A stretch of 64,000 nt of DNA from Eledone cirrhosa. Taxonomy: Eukaryota. The DNA lies in assembly GCA_964016885.1 (NCBI GenBank), contig OZ024740.1, forward strand, positions 403,310,001 to 403,374,000. The letters are read 5' to 3'. The notes under the pieces were generated by a model. That model did no database searches, was not told the origin of the DNA, and saw nothing but the letters and a program-made list of their open reading frames with translations. A program made the translations under genes and the position numbers. This document shows, one piece after another, positions 43,981 through 57,117 of the stretch; within the stretch, counting starts at the first letter, position 1, and every line of letters begins with the position of its first letter.

Positions 43981-44768
43981 CAGTGCATGGAATCCAGTCC
44001 CCGCTAGCTGTTCCATCTACCGAATTATTATTATTTTTATATGAGTCCCCAGTGTCCGCGCATTGCCTGGAGACTTAGCTGAGAATAGACTCCCTTATGA
44101 CGCAATGAATTCTCGACAGTTAGATTACGTAACTGTCTTTATCCCATTGCAGAAACTAATTAGTTGGAGTGAAAATTTTAGTAACTAAGTTAAATTTTTT
44201 AATTTTTTAAAATTTCTTATTTTACGTCTTTTATATTATTGTTCTGCATCCTCCTGCATTGAACCACCTAGGTACTATGACATAACCTGTGTATTTGCTA
44301 GCATTAGCGTACATCTGTACGCATATGTTAGTAGATATACTAAATTCTCTATATTTATCTCCAAATTACTTATTTGTCGAGCAAACCTGCCAAAACCACT
44401 ACTAATTTATTGGGGTGATAGTAGGCTTCTGTCATCTTACCATCCCACTCCTACCGACTAGCCTCAGTGTTACGTGATTGATTCTTTAGAATCTGCCATT
44501 TGACCAGTGACAGCGAGCTTTTCAGTGCATGGAATCCAGTCCCCGCTAGCTGTTCCATCTACCGAATTATTATTATTTTTATATGAGTCCCCAGTGTCCG
44601 CGCATTGCCTGGAGACTTAGCTGAGAATAGACTCCCTGATGACGCAATGAATTCTCGACAGTTAGATTACGTAACTGTCTTTATCCCATTGCAGAAACTA
44701 ATTAGTTGGAGTGAAAATTTTAGTAAGTAAGTTAATTTTTTTAATTTTTTAAAATTTCTTATTTTACG

Positions 44769-44775
<7 letters not shown>
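43975..44775 (+). mobile_element. 1.5-unit tandem (542-bp period) HHR element ending at (TA)n
   Basis: 43975-44235 is repeated at 44517-44775; each copy has a hammerhead. Confidence 0.9.
44631..44712 (+). ncRNA. Type I hammerhead ribozyme (intact); upstream copy 44089-44170 has CUUAUGA
   Basis: actcc-CTGATGA-c-gcaatg...cattgc-a-GAAA-ctaattag-TT-ggagt. Confidence 0.9.
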
Positions 44776-44845
<70 letters not shown>

Positions 44846-45459
44846 TTTTATGTTATGTTTCATAACAATAACAATAGCAGGAGAGTGAGAAATAGTAATA
44901 ATGGTAATAATATTAACGATAGACAGAACAACAACAACAACCACAATAATAATAATAATAGAAACATTAACTACAGACACAGCAGCAGCGACCACAGTAG
45001 TAATAACGGTAACAATACGAATAACAACAACAACCACAGTGGTAATAATAGTAATAGAAATAATACATGTAGCAACATTAATGATAGAGACAACAAAAAC
45101 AAGAAACATAATGTAACAACCACAATGGCAGAAATAACAGTAACAACAACAATAACGGTGAAGAAAACAACAACAATACATCTAACAATCACAGCAACAA
45201 TACATCTAGCAATCATAACAACAATACATCTAACAATACATCTAGCAATCATAAAAATAATAATAATGCTAATGAGAGGAACAACATCAACTACCATAAT
45301 AACAATAATAGCAACACACACAACTACCCACAGATAAGTCTGGTAGGATGTCAATAGACAGCATGCCGAACTACATCAAGCTATGCAACCCACATCACTA
45401 ACACGAGCGAAATTGCACAGCAAATACATGATGGGAAAGAGAAAATCCTCAACGCTCAC

Positions 45460-47371
45460 ATGATGATGTGGACCGACATCCTAAAGCCAAGCAGACGCAC
45501 TACCAACAACTTCCAGGCGTCTAACAATGGCATACCACCCTTGTATGGGCTCCGCAAAGACCACAAGACAGTCGACGACCCGACAACAGGACCACCAACA
45601 AGACCCGTATGCAGAGCAAATATAGCTAGCAACTACAGGATCTCCTACTTCCTCTCAATGGTTATACGCTCCATAATCAAGATGTCCCCAGATGTATGTG
45701 ACAGTACAGAGGACCTCCTCAGCAGAATCAGTGAGTGCAACAAAAACAGGAACCTATCCAACTGCATAATCGGCAGTATGGATGTGGTATCACTGTACCC
45801 ATCCATTAACATTGATTTGGCTGTGGAAAAATGTGTGGAGATGATCATTGAGAGTGAGGTGGAGTTCTGCGACGTCGACACAGATGAACTGGGCCTCCTA
45901 CTTAGACTTACCTACGACACTGACTACCTAGACAGCCATGACCTTAGACGTTTCTACCCCAGTAGACCCATAAGAGGTAGACCCCCCACCATAACCTCAA
46001 TGGCTAAAAAGACTCCCATGGGAAGGTGGATTGGGTGGATCAAAGCTATACGGACCCCCCAAAACAATGATCAGGTAAGAAAAATGGTCGCACATGCAAT
46101 AGGGGCTAGTATCAAAACTACCCTAAAGGGCCACATATTCAAGTTCAACGAGAAGATCTACACCCAAAATGAGGGAGCAGCCATTGGCGTCAGCATAGCT
46201 GGTGACGTTGTCAACCTTTTCATGGTATGGTGGGAAAGGAGTCTTAAAGATCTCCTTAATGAGAGCTCCATAGACCTTATCATGTACTCTCGTTACGTAG
46301 ATGATATCAATATAGTTATAAGAACATCCCCACACGAGAGCACTAACAAGTTTGATTTAGAACGTAGCACAAGGGAAAGCATCCAGAGTATAACTGTAAC
46401 TATCGACTACCCTTCCAAACACCCTAACAATAGACTACCTGTGTTAGAGACGGGACTTTGGATTAATACTATAGACGAGAGAGCCCAAATTCTCCACTCA
46501 CACTATGCTAAACCCATGGCCTCCAAATACCTGATACTCAAAAACTCAGCAATGTCCAGTAGTGCTAAGTTTAATATTCTGATCGCAGACTTGGTACGAA
46601 TGATGAAGAACGTGTCCCACATGTGCGACCTAACAGAAATGGAAAGACACATCCAACACTTCATCAACCGCATGCAGTTCTCTGGCTACAACCAAAGAGA
46701 CAGAATCAGAATATACGAAGGAGCCACGGAGAAGTATAAGACCCTCATAGAACTGGACATGAAAGGAATTTGCCCATTATACAGGAGCAAATCATGGAAT
46801 AGCTTAGATAGGACTAGACATAAGATAGGGAAAGCCACCTCATCGTACGCAACCAGAGATACCAGAGTGTCATGTTTGTGGACGCTACCCCTGGAGGGAA
46901 ATTAGCTAACCAGTGTAGAAAGGCCCTGAGAAAGACCCACTTAAAGATTAAGGTGGTAGAAAAGCCAGGAACCACCATAAAATCCCTGATCAGCAAAACC
47001 TACCCTTTTAAGAAAACCCACTGTACTAATAGTAAATTTATCATATGTAAAGTAAACCCCCGGATAAACTGTAAAACTAGAAACGTAGTCTATAGCATAA
47101 GATGTACAGAGGGTACTTGCAGAAACATGACAACAACATACATAGGCGAGACAGCTCGTAGCATAGGTGAAAGGATAAACCAACACTGGGGGAACTAAAA
47201 GGACGAAAAAACGGTTCAGTACTATACGAACATGCCAGACAACAACACGACGGTAACATAGACAACATAGAAATTAGAATAATATCTAAAGATAGAAATG
47301 ACCCAGCAGATAGGCAAATCAGAGAGGCCAGTGAAATAGAACTTAGAAGGCCAAAGCTAAACAAAAAATGA
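45460..47371 (+). pseudogene. Penelope-like element ORF: reverse transcriptase + C-terminal GIY-YIG endonuclease, frameshifted
   Basis: PPLYGLRKDHK, PTRPVC, MDVVSLYPSI, FKFNEKIYTQNEGAAIG, RYVDD; then FVDATPGG, Cys-rich linker, VVYSIRC...YIGETARSIGERINQH. Confidence 0.9.
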
Positions 47372-47700
47372 ATGGAATAACAACAACACCCAAACAAACA
47401 ACACTGACCTAAGAGAAGTATAAATAAATAAATAAATAAATAGATAAATAAATAAATACATGCGGAAGCACAATAACAACAAACACATATAAACACACAC
47501 TAATAAAGATAGAATACATTAACCAATACACAGTCAACCAATCACGAACACACATCAAACAAAACATTATACACACACGCAAACGCATGCGCAAAGAAGA
47601 CAAAAAATAAAATAAAATAAAAATAAACAAATAAATAAATATATAAACAGACTAAATAAAGATGGCGTAGAAAATACAATGCAACGGGAGGAAACAATAG

Positions 47701-47745
47701 CACCACTGACGATGTTGCAGATGTGCAACGAAAGAATTTTGATAA
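47701..47745 (+). ncRNA. Decayed minimal hammerhead in the PLE 3' pseudo-LTR
   Basis: CTGACGA-t-gttgca-gatg-tgcaac-GAAA-gaattt; stem I poorly preserved. Confidence 0.6.
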
Positions 47746-47942
47746 ACTATATATATGTGTTTGTATCTATATTGTATCTGTATTTTTGACCGTTGGTCAG
47801 TCAATGGCAACATTGAGGACCGAATAAATTAAATTAACTGATATAAAAGACACAGAAGCGAAAAGCGAAAACCAACCAAACAGTGTGTTCTGTTATTAAT
47901 TGTGGCAATATTACACAAATATGACCCTCCCCAAGTATAACA

Positions 47943-48034
<92 letters not shown>

Positions 48035-48037
<3 letters not shown>

Positions 48038-48976
48038 GAAAAAGTGAGTCCTTCATCAGTGACCCTCCAACCGTCCTCGGCATTTCATCGCTTTAAGGGC
48101 CATATGCCTCAGGTTGGTGCGAACAACGGCTAAAAAAAGTCGTTGGGACACGTAAATAAAGGGGGACGCTAGAGTAACAACAAAAGGGTTTAAGCAACGG
48201 AAAGTGAGTAGAAATAGACAAGTCCCAGATCTCTATGAATATAAACTCTGTGAAATCGTGAACAAGAGACGAAAGACCATCGAACCTGGTAGAAATGTGA
48301 GCAAGGAAAGAATTTCGCCCAAGTTTGACGGGGGGGAAAAAGAGAGAGAGAGAGAAAGAAAAAGGAGAGAAGAGGAAGAAGAAGAAGAAGAAGAAGAAGA
48401 GGATAAGGTGGTCTGGTCTACGAATTCGGTAAACGCAAGTTTTGTGAAGTCGCAGACGAAAGAGAGAGAGAAAAAAATTTCATACCAGCTCGGTCAAGAC
48501 TGCGCGAGAAAAGAATTACACACAGGTCAAACTTGAAGGAGGAGGAGGAAAGAGGAGGAGGAGAGGTAGTGACAGAGAATGAGGGAGTGAAAGTTGAGGA
48601 GAGGGTAACAGAGAGGGAGACGGCTAGAAGTGGTAAAGATACAAGGAACGAAACAGACAGGCAGCATGGAAAAGTAATATGTGTAAATATGATGATAATA
48701 ATGGAGCTGCGGCGTTGCAAATGGGATACATATGAAAAAGTGAGTCCTTCATCAGTGACCCTCCAACCGTCCTCGGCATTTCATCGCTTTAAGGGCCATA
48801 TGCCTCAGGTTGGTGCGAACAACGGCTAAAAAAAGTCGTTGGGACACGTAAATAAAGGGGGACGCTAGAGTAACAACAAAAGGGTTTAAGCAACGGAAAG
48901 TGAGTAGAAATAGACAAGTCCCAGATCTCTATGAATATAAACTCTGTGAAATCGTGAACAAGAGACGAAAGACCAT
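48035..48976 (-). mobile_element. 1.35-unit tandem (696-bp period) of the permuted-hammerhead family, subfamily 2, next to (TA)n
   Basis: 48035-48280 appears identical to 48731-48976. Confidence 0.9.
48048..48149 (-). ncRNA. Permuted hammerhead/K-turn motif, copy D (core intact); copy E at 48744-48845
   Basis: Minus strand: gtcc-caacgac(t7)agccgttg-ttcgca-ccaacc-tga-ggcat-A-tggccct-taaagcgat-GAA-atgcc-gaggac-ggttgg-agggtca-CTGATGA-aggac. Confidence 0.7.
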
Positions 48977-49145
48977 ATATATATATATAGGATAACAAGT
49001 TATCGTTTTAGGTCATCCAGTTCGAGGTTGTGAGTACTCTGTACTATGGATAGTTTTAACGTACGGCGTTGTTTAACTCAACAAGAGGTTTCCTTAGTTA
49101 GGTAGCGAGTTTACGAGAATTCCAATGCAGGTCATTCTTGGAGTA

Positions 49146-49393
49146 ATAATAGTGAAAGAGTGAAGAATAACATGGTCGGTTGTACAAAAAGGGTTTTATT
49201 TACAGTATTAACAATTGTTTCATTGATCAGGTGAGTATAAAGGCCGCTGATGTGTCTCTGATCAAATCATCGAATTCCGATGATTTGATCAGACACATCA
49301 GCGGCCTTTATACTCACCTGATCAATGAAACAATTGTTAATACTGTAAATAAAACCCTTTTTGTACAACCGACCATGTTATTCTTCACTCTTT

Positions 49394-49400
<7 letters not shown>
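49146..49400. mobile_element. 255-bp palindrome folding back at the 5' edge of a hammerhead (49274-49341)
   Basis: att-CCGATGA-t-ttgatcag...ctgatcaa-t-GAAA-caattg-TT-aat; centre ~49274; (TA)n on the right. Confidence 0.85.
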
Positions 49401-49492
<92 letters not shown>

Positions 49493-49495
49493 ATA

Positions 49496-49567
<72 letters not shown>

Positions 49568-49974
49568 AATCGTGGGTGGATTTCCAATGGATATCGGGAG
49601 GTGACGATGGTTAAAAACGATAGTCAATACGTTGGTAGAGTACAGCCATTTTTGTTTTATATCGAAAAGAACTGTTTCATACGGATAGTATCATAAGGGA
49701 AGTCCTTTCCAGATGATTGTATGCGAATGAAACAGTTACTATATAAAATAAAGATGTGTGTGTGTGTGTCTGGCGTGAGAGAGAGTTGAGAGTGAAGTCG
49801 GCATACAGGAAATCATGAAATAAAAGATAAAATTGATAAATGAAGGTGATGAAAGAAACTCTTGTCAAAACCTAACAATACAACACATGGAACTTTATTT
49901 ATTATTCTAGAAGCATCATTAATTTGCGCAAAATTTCCTACCCAATTCCCAATTGCTGACTCGAGGTTTGACTC

Positions 49975-50014
49975 TCAAGACGCCGCTCTGACATCTACAA
50001 AATACATTCCAAGC
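49975..50014 (-). CDS. Candidate terminal coding exon of an unidentified host gene ((R)LGMYFVDVRAAS*)
   Basis: Acceptor ctttcag|; phase-compatible with the exon at 50398-50531. Confidence 0.35.
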
Positions 50015-50397
50015 CTGAAAGCTGGAATTTTACCAGAACTGTTATTGTTTAACATTAAATATATTTTATATCATATTGTTGCTAGTTGTAACATATTTGT
50101 TATTATAAACTCTTGGCATCTGTTTGTTGTTCTTTATATTATTAATGTTGTTTTTCTTGCTATTATTACTGTTTGTAGTTATTATTGTTAATCGTTGGAC
50201 GTTGATTATGTATGTTAGAATTGTATTTCTTTGTTTAACTGTAGATGTTTTTAATATTGTTGTGTTAAATGTAAATATTTATGTATATTTTATTCACAAG
50301 AATTAAATGTTTCTTTTCTTTCTCTATTTTACGTTTTTATCTTCTTTTGCGCAAATTTCATTTTAAAATGTCAGCTCTCTTTTCATAAATTTCTTAC

Positions 50398-50531
50398 CTA
50401 AAATGTCCACTGGGGTTCATTTGATATGCACTTGCAACAGAAGAGAAGAAATTTTGAATCCGCTCCGGGTATTTTCTAAAATGTAGTAATTTATTCTCAG
50501 AATCCACCTTCCGTTGTCTTGTCTCCAGTAT
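50398..50531 (-). CDS. Candidate internal coding exon (ILETRQRKVDSENKLLHFRKYPERIQNFFSSVASAYQMNPSGHF)
   Basis: Branch-like ctaac plus ctctag| acceptor, open frame for 134 nt, strong AG|gtaag donor, non-repetitive context. Confidence 0.4.
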
Positions 50532-50836
50532 CTAGAGACTTTATATAGCAGTTAGGTTAGCCTTATATTAATTTACTAGCTGTGTCACAAGGAAATTTCT
50601 TTCTCAGGGTGTTCATCATCATATGTTTTATTTCTTACTTATATTATTGTTTCAGTTTTTCATGTATTTTTTCATTATTCACATCATTATTTTTATTTAT
50701 TAAATATTGTTTTGCTTGAATATTCTCTACTTATTACTTATTAATCAATCTGTATTCTCCAAAGCGATATAAACTCGTTCTATGTCTCACTTTTTCTAAC
50801 ACACATACACACGCACGCACATACACATGCACGCAC

Positions 50837-50875
<39 letters not shown>

Positions 50876-50953
50876 TATACACACATAAATAAATACAATA
50901 TCTGCATATATATATATGTATATAGATATATATAGATATATATGCATATATAT

Positions 50954-51023
<70 letters not shown>

Positions 51024-51370
51024 ACCTATATATATATGTATATATAAACATATATATATATATATGTACACTTACTTATATAGATATATTTTTGTTATTT
51101 TTTGAAAGATTGATTTGTATTACGCAATAAGAGAATTTTTGTATTTCTGAAAGACAAGGAGATGGAGAAAAGGGTGGGCTGTGTATGTAGGAATGATGCA
51201 GCAATGCCTCAATTTACCAGGAGACAAATAAACGTACAATTAAAGGTGACAATATTTCAAAGAAACAAGCAGACGTATAGCTGCATGCACGCGAGCGCGC
51301 ACACATTCACAGGCACAAACATACACACACACACACGTATATATATATATATATATACACGTACACACAC

Positions 51371-51410
<40 letters not shown>

Positions 51411-51588
51411 TTGTGGGGTGGGGTGACAAGTAAGTATGTTTTGAAACACTTACATGTCAGAAATTTTAGCCTCATCTTTTTCCACTTCGTAAAGGGTTCT
51501 AAAACCCCTATTAAGCTAAAATTTCTTTAGTAAAAAAAGTACGCCGAAATTTTCTATTTCTATTTTATTATATAAATATATATGTGTG

Positions 51589-51650
<62 letters not shown>

Positions 51651-51659
<9 letters not shown>

Positions 51660-51973
51660 TAGGGTTTTTTACAAAATGAAAAATAACCGAGGTGTCCTAC
51701 ACGAGTGAAAGTATAAAGAAAAAAAGATGAAATCGAAAATGCAGCTGGAGTCTTTTTTTTTTAAATATATATTTATTTGGTTCCTTTACCGGTTTCGCAG
51801 TTCTTCTGCAAAAACTTGTGGTTTTTCTCACATGTGAGAAAAACCACAGACCCTCCATCTCAATTCTACTTTTGAAAAGCAGAATAACTGCGAAACCGGT
51901 AAAGGAACCAAATAAATATATATTTTTTTTAAAAAGACTCCAGTTGCATTTTCGATTTCATCTTTTTTCCTTA
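51651..51973. mobile_element. Family Y fold-back insertion between (TA)n arrays; U3-A8 hammerhead at 51869-51904 (+)
   Basis: ctt-TTGAAAA-gcag-aataa-ctgc-GAAA-ccgg-TA-aag; the left arm is the reverse complement of 55508-55668. Confidence 0.85.
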
Positions 51974-52082
51974 TATATATATATATATATATAGTTATGT
52001 AATAAACAAAACAATTACATAACTAAATAGCTCTGTAGCCTACATAGAGCACTCTCCTTATCTTTACCTCTCCTACGGAAAC

Positions 52083-52156
<74 letters not shown>

Positions 52157-52842
52157 GATATCCACGGTAAGTTGTGGGGTCTAATTTGCATGAAGAACTC
52201 AATGTAATCCATATGTTGAAAATGTTGTAGGTTAAAATAAATCCCGGAAAACAATAAAACATTAAAAGGAAAACAGAGTCATGATATAAGTTACATGTAT
52301 AAATAATCAAACTCAGATAAATGTATGTTGACATATAGTCAAAACTCATAAATTTCATAGATCACAAAGTGCCTATACCCACATTATAGATAGAGGTATA
52401 GTTATATTGATACTCAATTAAAAACATACATGCGCATAAATAGATGTAAACATATACATACATCTACATATGTGCACACAATCATATACATACATCTATA
52501 CATACATATATATACACATACACACCTATACACACATATATATATATGTACACATACATACATGTACACACACACATAAACATTCATACACATATACACG
52601 CATATACATATACACACATATATATATATATATATTCTCATATCATACATACATAGATACATATTTACTCATGCAATTACAGGTGGTTGTGTACCTTGTT
52701 GCCCTTAGTTATTAAAGCATAAATCTAAGGAAGCTAAACAATTAAAAGGTAAGAAATAAGCATGAATGCGTATAATTAGGGGAAAGGGATACTAACAAAT
52801 GTTACGTTACATAGAATTATAGTGAGTTGCTATTTAGAATAT

Positions 52843-53243
52843 TTAATTAGGTTTATAGTATTTAAATGTTTTTCGTATACGGTGATTACAAACTATAATC
52901 AGTTCCTGTCTTGTATTCAATAAATCGTCCTTAGATTTAGTAATTTCCAAGATCTTCCCTGAACATAACCTGCATTCTCTCCTGTTCCCAAGATATGGAG
53001 TTCTTTGTAGAATGATGTTCCACGATAGCTTGAAATCTATTTTTTTCTTTTTATGGTTATTTACTGCTTCAGCTAAAGATGTGATGTTAGCTAGTTTAGT
53101 ATTGTTAAAGATACTGGAGTGTGCGTAATATCTTTTCTTAAATGTATTCGATGTAGATCCCATATATGTTTTGTTGGAGTCAGTAGTAGACACAGTGCAT
53201 TTATATATTACATTATTAATCAAACAGTTGCCATTTAATGGGC

Positions 53244-53246
<3 letters not shown>
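52843..53246 (-). pseudogene. PLE GIY-YIG endonuclease C-terminal fragment (second PLE family)
   Basis: CPLNGNCL..NVIYKCTV...YMGST..FKKRY..H...W.I...PY...CRLC...LLN.R.EL...C.H. Confidence 0.85.
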
Positions 53247-53325
<79 letters not shown>

Positions 53326-53395
53326 ATGCCCCTTAAATGTCAACTGTTTGATTAATAATGTAATATATAAATGCACTGTGTCTACTACTGACTCA

Positions 53396-53525
53396 TCATT
53401 TCTGAAGACAGCATATATATGTGAAGGTATGTATATTTCCTCTGATAGTTTCTAATATTTTTACATAGATCTATATGATATACATACCAACACACATATA
53501 TATCCTAGAAACGATCGTAAAATGA
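53396..53525 (+). ncRNA. Type I hammerhead ribozyme with long stem II
   Basis: tcattt-CTGAAGA-c...(atatatatgtg/cacatatatat, ggtatgtatat/atatacatacc)...a-GAAA-cgatcg-TA-aaatga. Confidence 0.85.
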
Positions 53526-53579
53526 TGAATTATTTAATATAAGGAACTTGTTCTTTGTTTTTATTCATTGTTTTTATTA

Positions 53580-53646
<67 letters not shown>

Positions 53647-54509
53647 TATATATTCGAAAACTCAAAAAGGAAAAACGAAAGAAGAGCAATATGATATATA
53701 CTAGTTTAACACTTGATATAGTGGGAAATTAATCTTAACGTTTGGGACGTTAGTCCTTTATCGGAAGATGGAAAGATTATGATTTAAGGTGTATATCTTT
53801 AAATTCATAATCAGAAAGTTGTTGTTGTTTCAAAACACCTTTAGTCGTTGTAACATACTTGACACCATATTCTGTAAATCTATTATGCGGTTGCATACGT
53901 AATGCATATCATCCATTATCCTTAAATGCCTCCTTTTTTTTTTTTTTGAGTGATTTATCATATTTTATGTAAATGTTTATAAATTCAATAAACTTTGATG
54001 ATTCCTATGGTTTGTACTGTCTAACAGCAGATTGTTAAATGAAATAATTTACTGTTAAATGTTCATTTCTATAGGACGAGACAATTGTCAGTAATTGAAT
54101 ATCTTAAACTTTTAAAATTGGTTAGTAACAAGTGCGGTGCCCAAAAAATGGCCTCAGCCGGATGGCTGAAACTGGTAAAAGAGTAAAAGAGTAACTACAT
54201 TATAATTATACATTGGCTCTGTTTGATTCAATTATCATAGCATTGAGCTAAAATACACCTATTTTTTACTCTTATATATATGTATATATATATATGACAA
54301 TACAACAGAACAAATACGAATAAATAAGGAAAATATGTTTATTCAAAAATATAGAGCAGCATTAAATATAGTTTAATATACATTATGTCAACACCATAAC
54401 ATGCTAACCATCCAAACAGACTCATACATACACACACACATAACACCTTCTACTTTAGAAAATAAAAACTAGAGCTAAATAAACCATAACATACGTTAAT
54501 ACTCCAACA

Positions 54510-54900
54510 CCTTAACATGCTAATCCCCCCCACACACACACACACACACACATAATTCCCTTCCCCAGTTCTACTAACGGAATCATTTTCCTACACACAC
54601 ACACAAAAAATATATATATATATATATATTCTCTCCATCTTAACATGCTAACGATACTCCCACACACACACACACATAACTCCCATACACACACACACAT
54701 AACACCCATACACACACACAACTCCCTCCCCCATTTCTACTAATAGAATCATTTCCCACACACAAAATATATATATTCTCTCCATCTTAACATGCTAACC
54801 ATACTCCCACACACACACGCACACACTCACATAACACCCATAGACACACACACACAACTCCCTCCCCCATTTCTACTAATAGAATCATCTTACTACACAC
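54510..54900. repeat. Diverged ~140-bp tandem repeats, ~3 copies
   Basis: cttaacatgctaa and ttctactaa..gaatcat recur. Confidence 0.6.
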
Positions 54901-55460
54901 ACACAAGCACACAAATAAACATACATATCTCTACTTTCTTTATTTCAATAGAAAGTCTGAATTCTGACACTCCAGCGCACCAGCCATATTCACTGTACCA
55001 GAACAATTCTCCCCATCCATTTTTCTTGACCATTTTCTTTTGTTTGGTACAAAATTCTCTAAAAGGCTACAAAGTAAATTCCCAAATACGGGCACGAAAT
55101 TTAATGTACTTGTTCCACGCGACAGTCATAATTTAATTTATAACCAATCAAATTACATTTATTTAAAAAAAGCCTTCGTGAGCCACATTTTTTTAAGTAA
55201 AAAGAAATTCAAACACAAACTGGCGCGAAAGCTGATGTGCTTATTCACGTGACTGCATCAACCAACCAAACTTCACTCATATATGAAAAAACAACCTGAG
55301 CCCCCCTTTGTTTGAAGGCAAATATAATAAGAACTTTGTAACGCGAACTGGCGCGAAATTTATTATACTTATTCACCAACCAAATTACTTCTCTAAAAAC
55401 CTGGCATTTCGAGCCACTTTTTTCCATTTAAAACAGAAGCAACATTCAAAGACCAATTAG

Positions 55461-55766
<306 letters not shown>

Positions 55767-55769
55767 ATG

Positions 55770-55852
<83 letters not shown>

Positions 55853-55855
<3 letters not shown>

Positions 55856-56959
55856 TATGCATGTATGTATACGTACATACATATATGTATACACACGTAC
55901 AGTAGTATGTATATATATACATACATGCACACATATATATATGCACGTATCGGTTTACCGAACATTTATTATAATGCTCGGTTTGTTTGTTTGTAAACAA
56001 ACAAACAGCCCTAATTACGCCGTACAGTGTTTAGGCAACCACGTCACCTTTTTTTTTTTTTTTGTTCAACACTGGCACAGGAACGATTTACTAGTTTCAA
56101 GCTTATTAGCTATCGTCAGCATCGCATACCTACCTGCCAGATGGTTGAATGTCTGAAAGTATATACTTTCCTTATGCATATTAACGGCTAATCAGCCTAA
56201 TTTGCATATCGAGTGAGTTCAGTCGGCCGGGCACACCGAAAACAATAAATGGAATAGAATGAAACGAAATTTCATTTCTCACTCTTAGTACGGCACTTAC
56301 TTAAATGTAAGTATGCATGTATGTATACGTTCATACATATATGTATACAGACGTACAGTAGTATGTATATATATACATACATGCACACATATATATATGC
56401 ACGTATCGGTTTACCGAACATTTATTATAATGCTAGGTTTGTTTGTTTGTAAACAAACAAACAGCCCGAATTACGCCGTACAGTGTTTAGGCAACCACGT
56501 CACCTTTTTGTTCAACACTGACACAGGAATGATGTACTAGTTTCAAGCTTATTAGCTATCGTCAGCATCGTATACCTTCCTGCCAGATGGTTGAACGTCT
56601 GAAAGTATATACTTTCCTTATGCATATTAACGGCTAATCAGCCTAATTTGCATATCGAGTGAGTTCAGTCGGCCGGGCACACCGAAAACGATAAATGGAA
56701 TAGAATAAAACGAAATTTCATTTCTCGCTCTTAGTACGGCACTTACTTAAAGGTAAGTATGCATGTATGTATACGTACATACATATATGTATACAGTCGT
56801 ACAGTAGTATGTATATATATATACATACATGCACACATATATATATGCACGTATCGGTTTACCGAACATTTAATATAATGCTCGGTTTGTTTGTTTGTAA
56901 ATTTAAATAAGTGCTGTACTAAGAGTGAGAAATGAAATGTCGTTCCATTCTATTCCATT

Positions 56960-56962
<3 letters not shown>
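55853..56962 (-). mobile_element. 2.3-unit tandem (~450-bp period) HHR element with a short inverted tail (56918-56962)
   Basis: Units start at 55853, 56309 and 56755; hammerheads at 56084-56124 and 56531-56569. Confidence 0.9.
56531..56569 (-). ncRNA. Minimal type I hammerhead ribozyme
   Basis: Minus strand: gatg-CTGACGA-t-agct-aata-agct-t-GAAA-ctag-TA-catc. Confidence 0.9.
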
Positions 56963-57021
<59 letters not shown>

Positions 57022-57022
57022 T

Positions 57023-57117
<95 letters not shown>

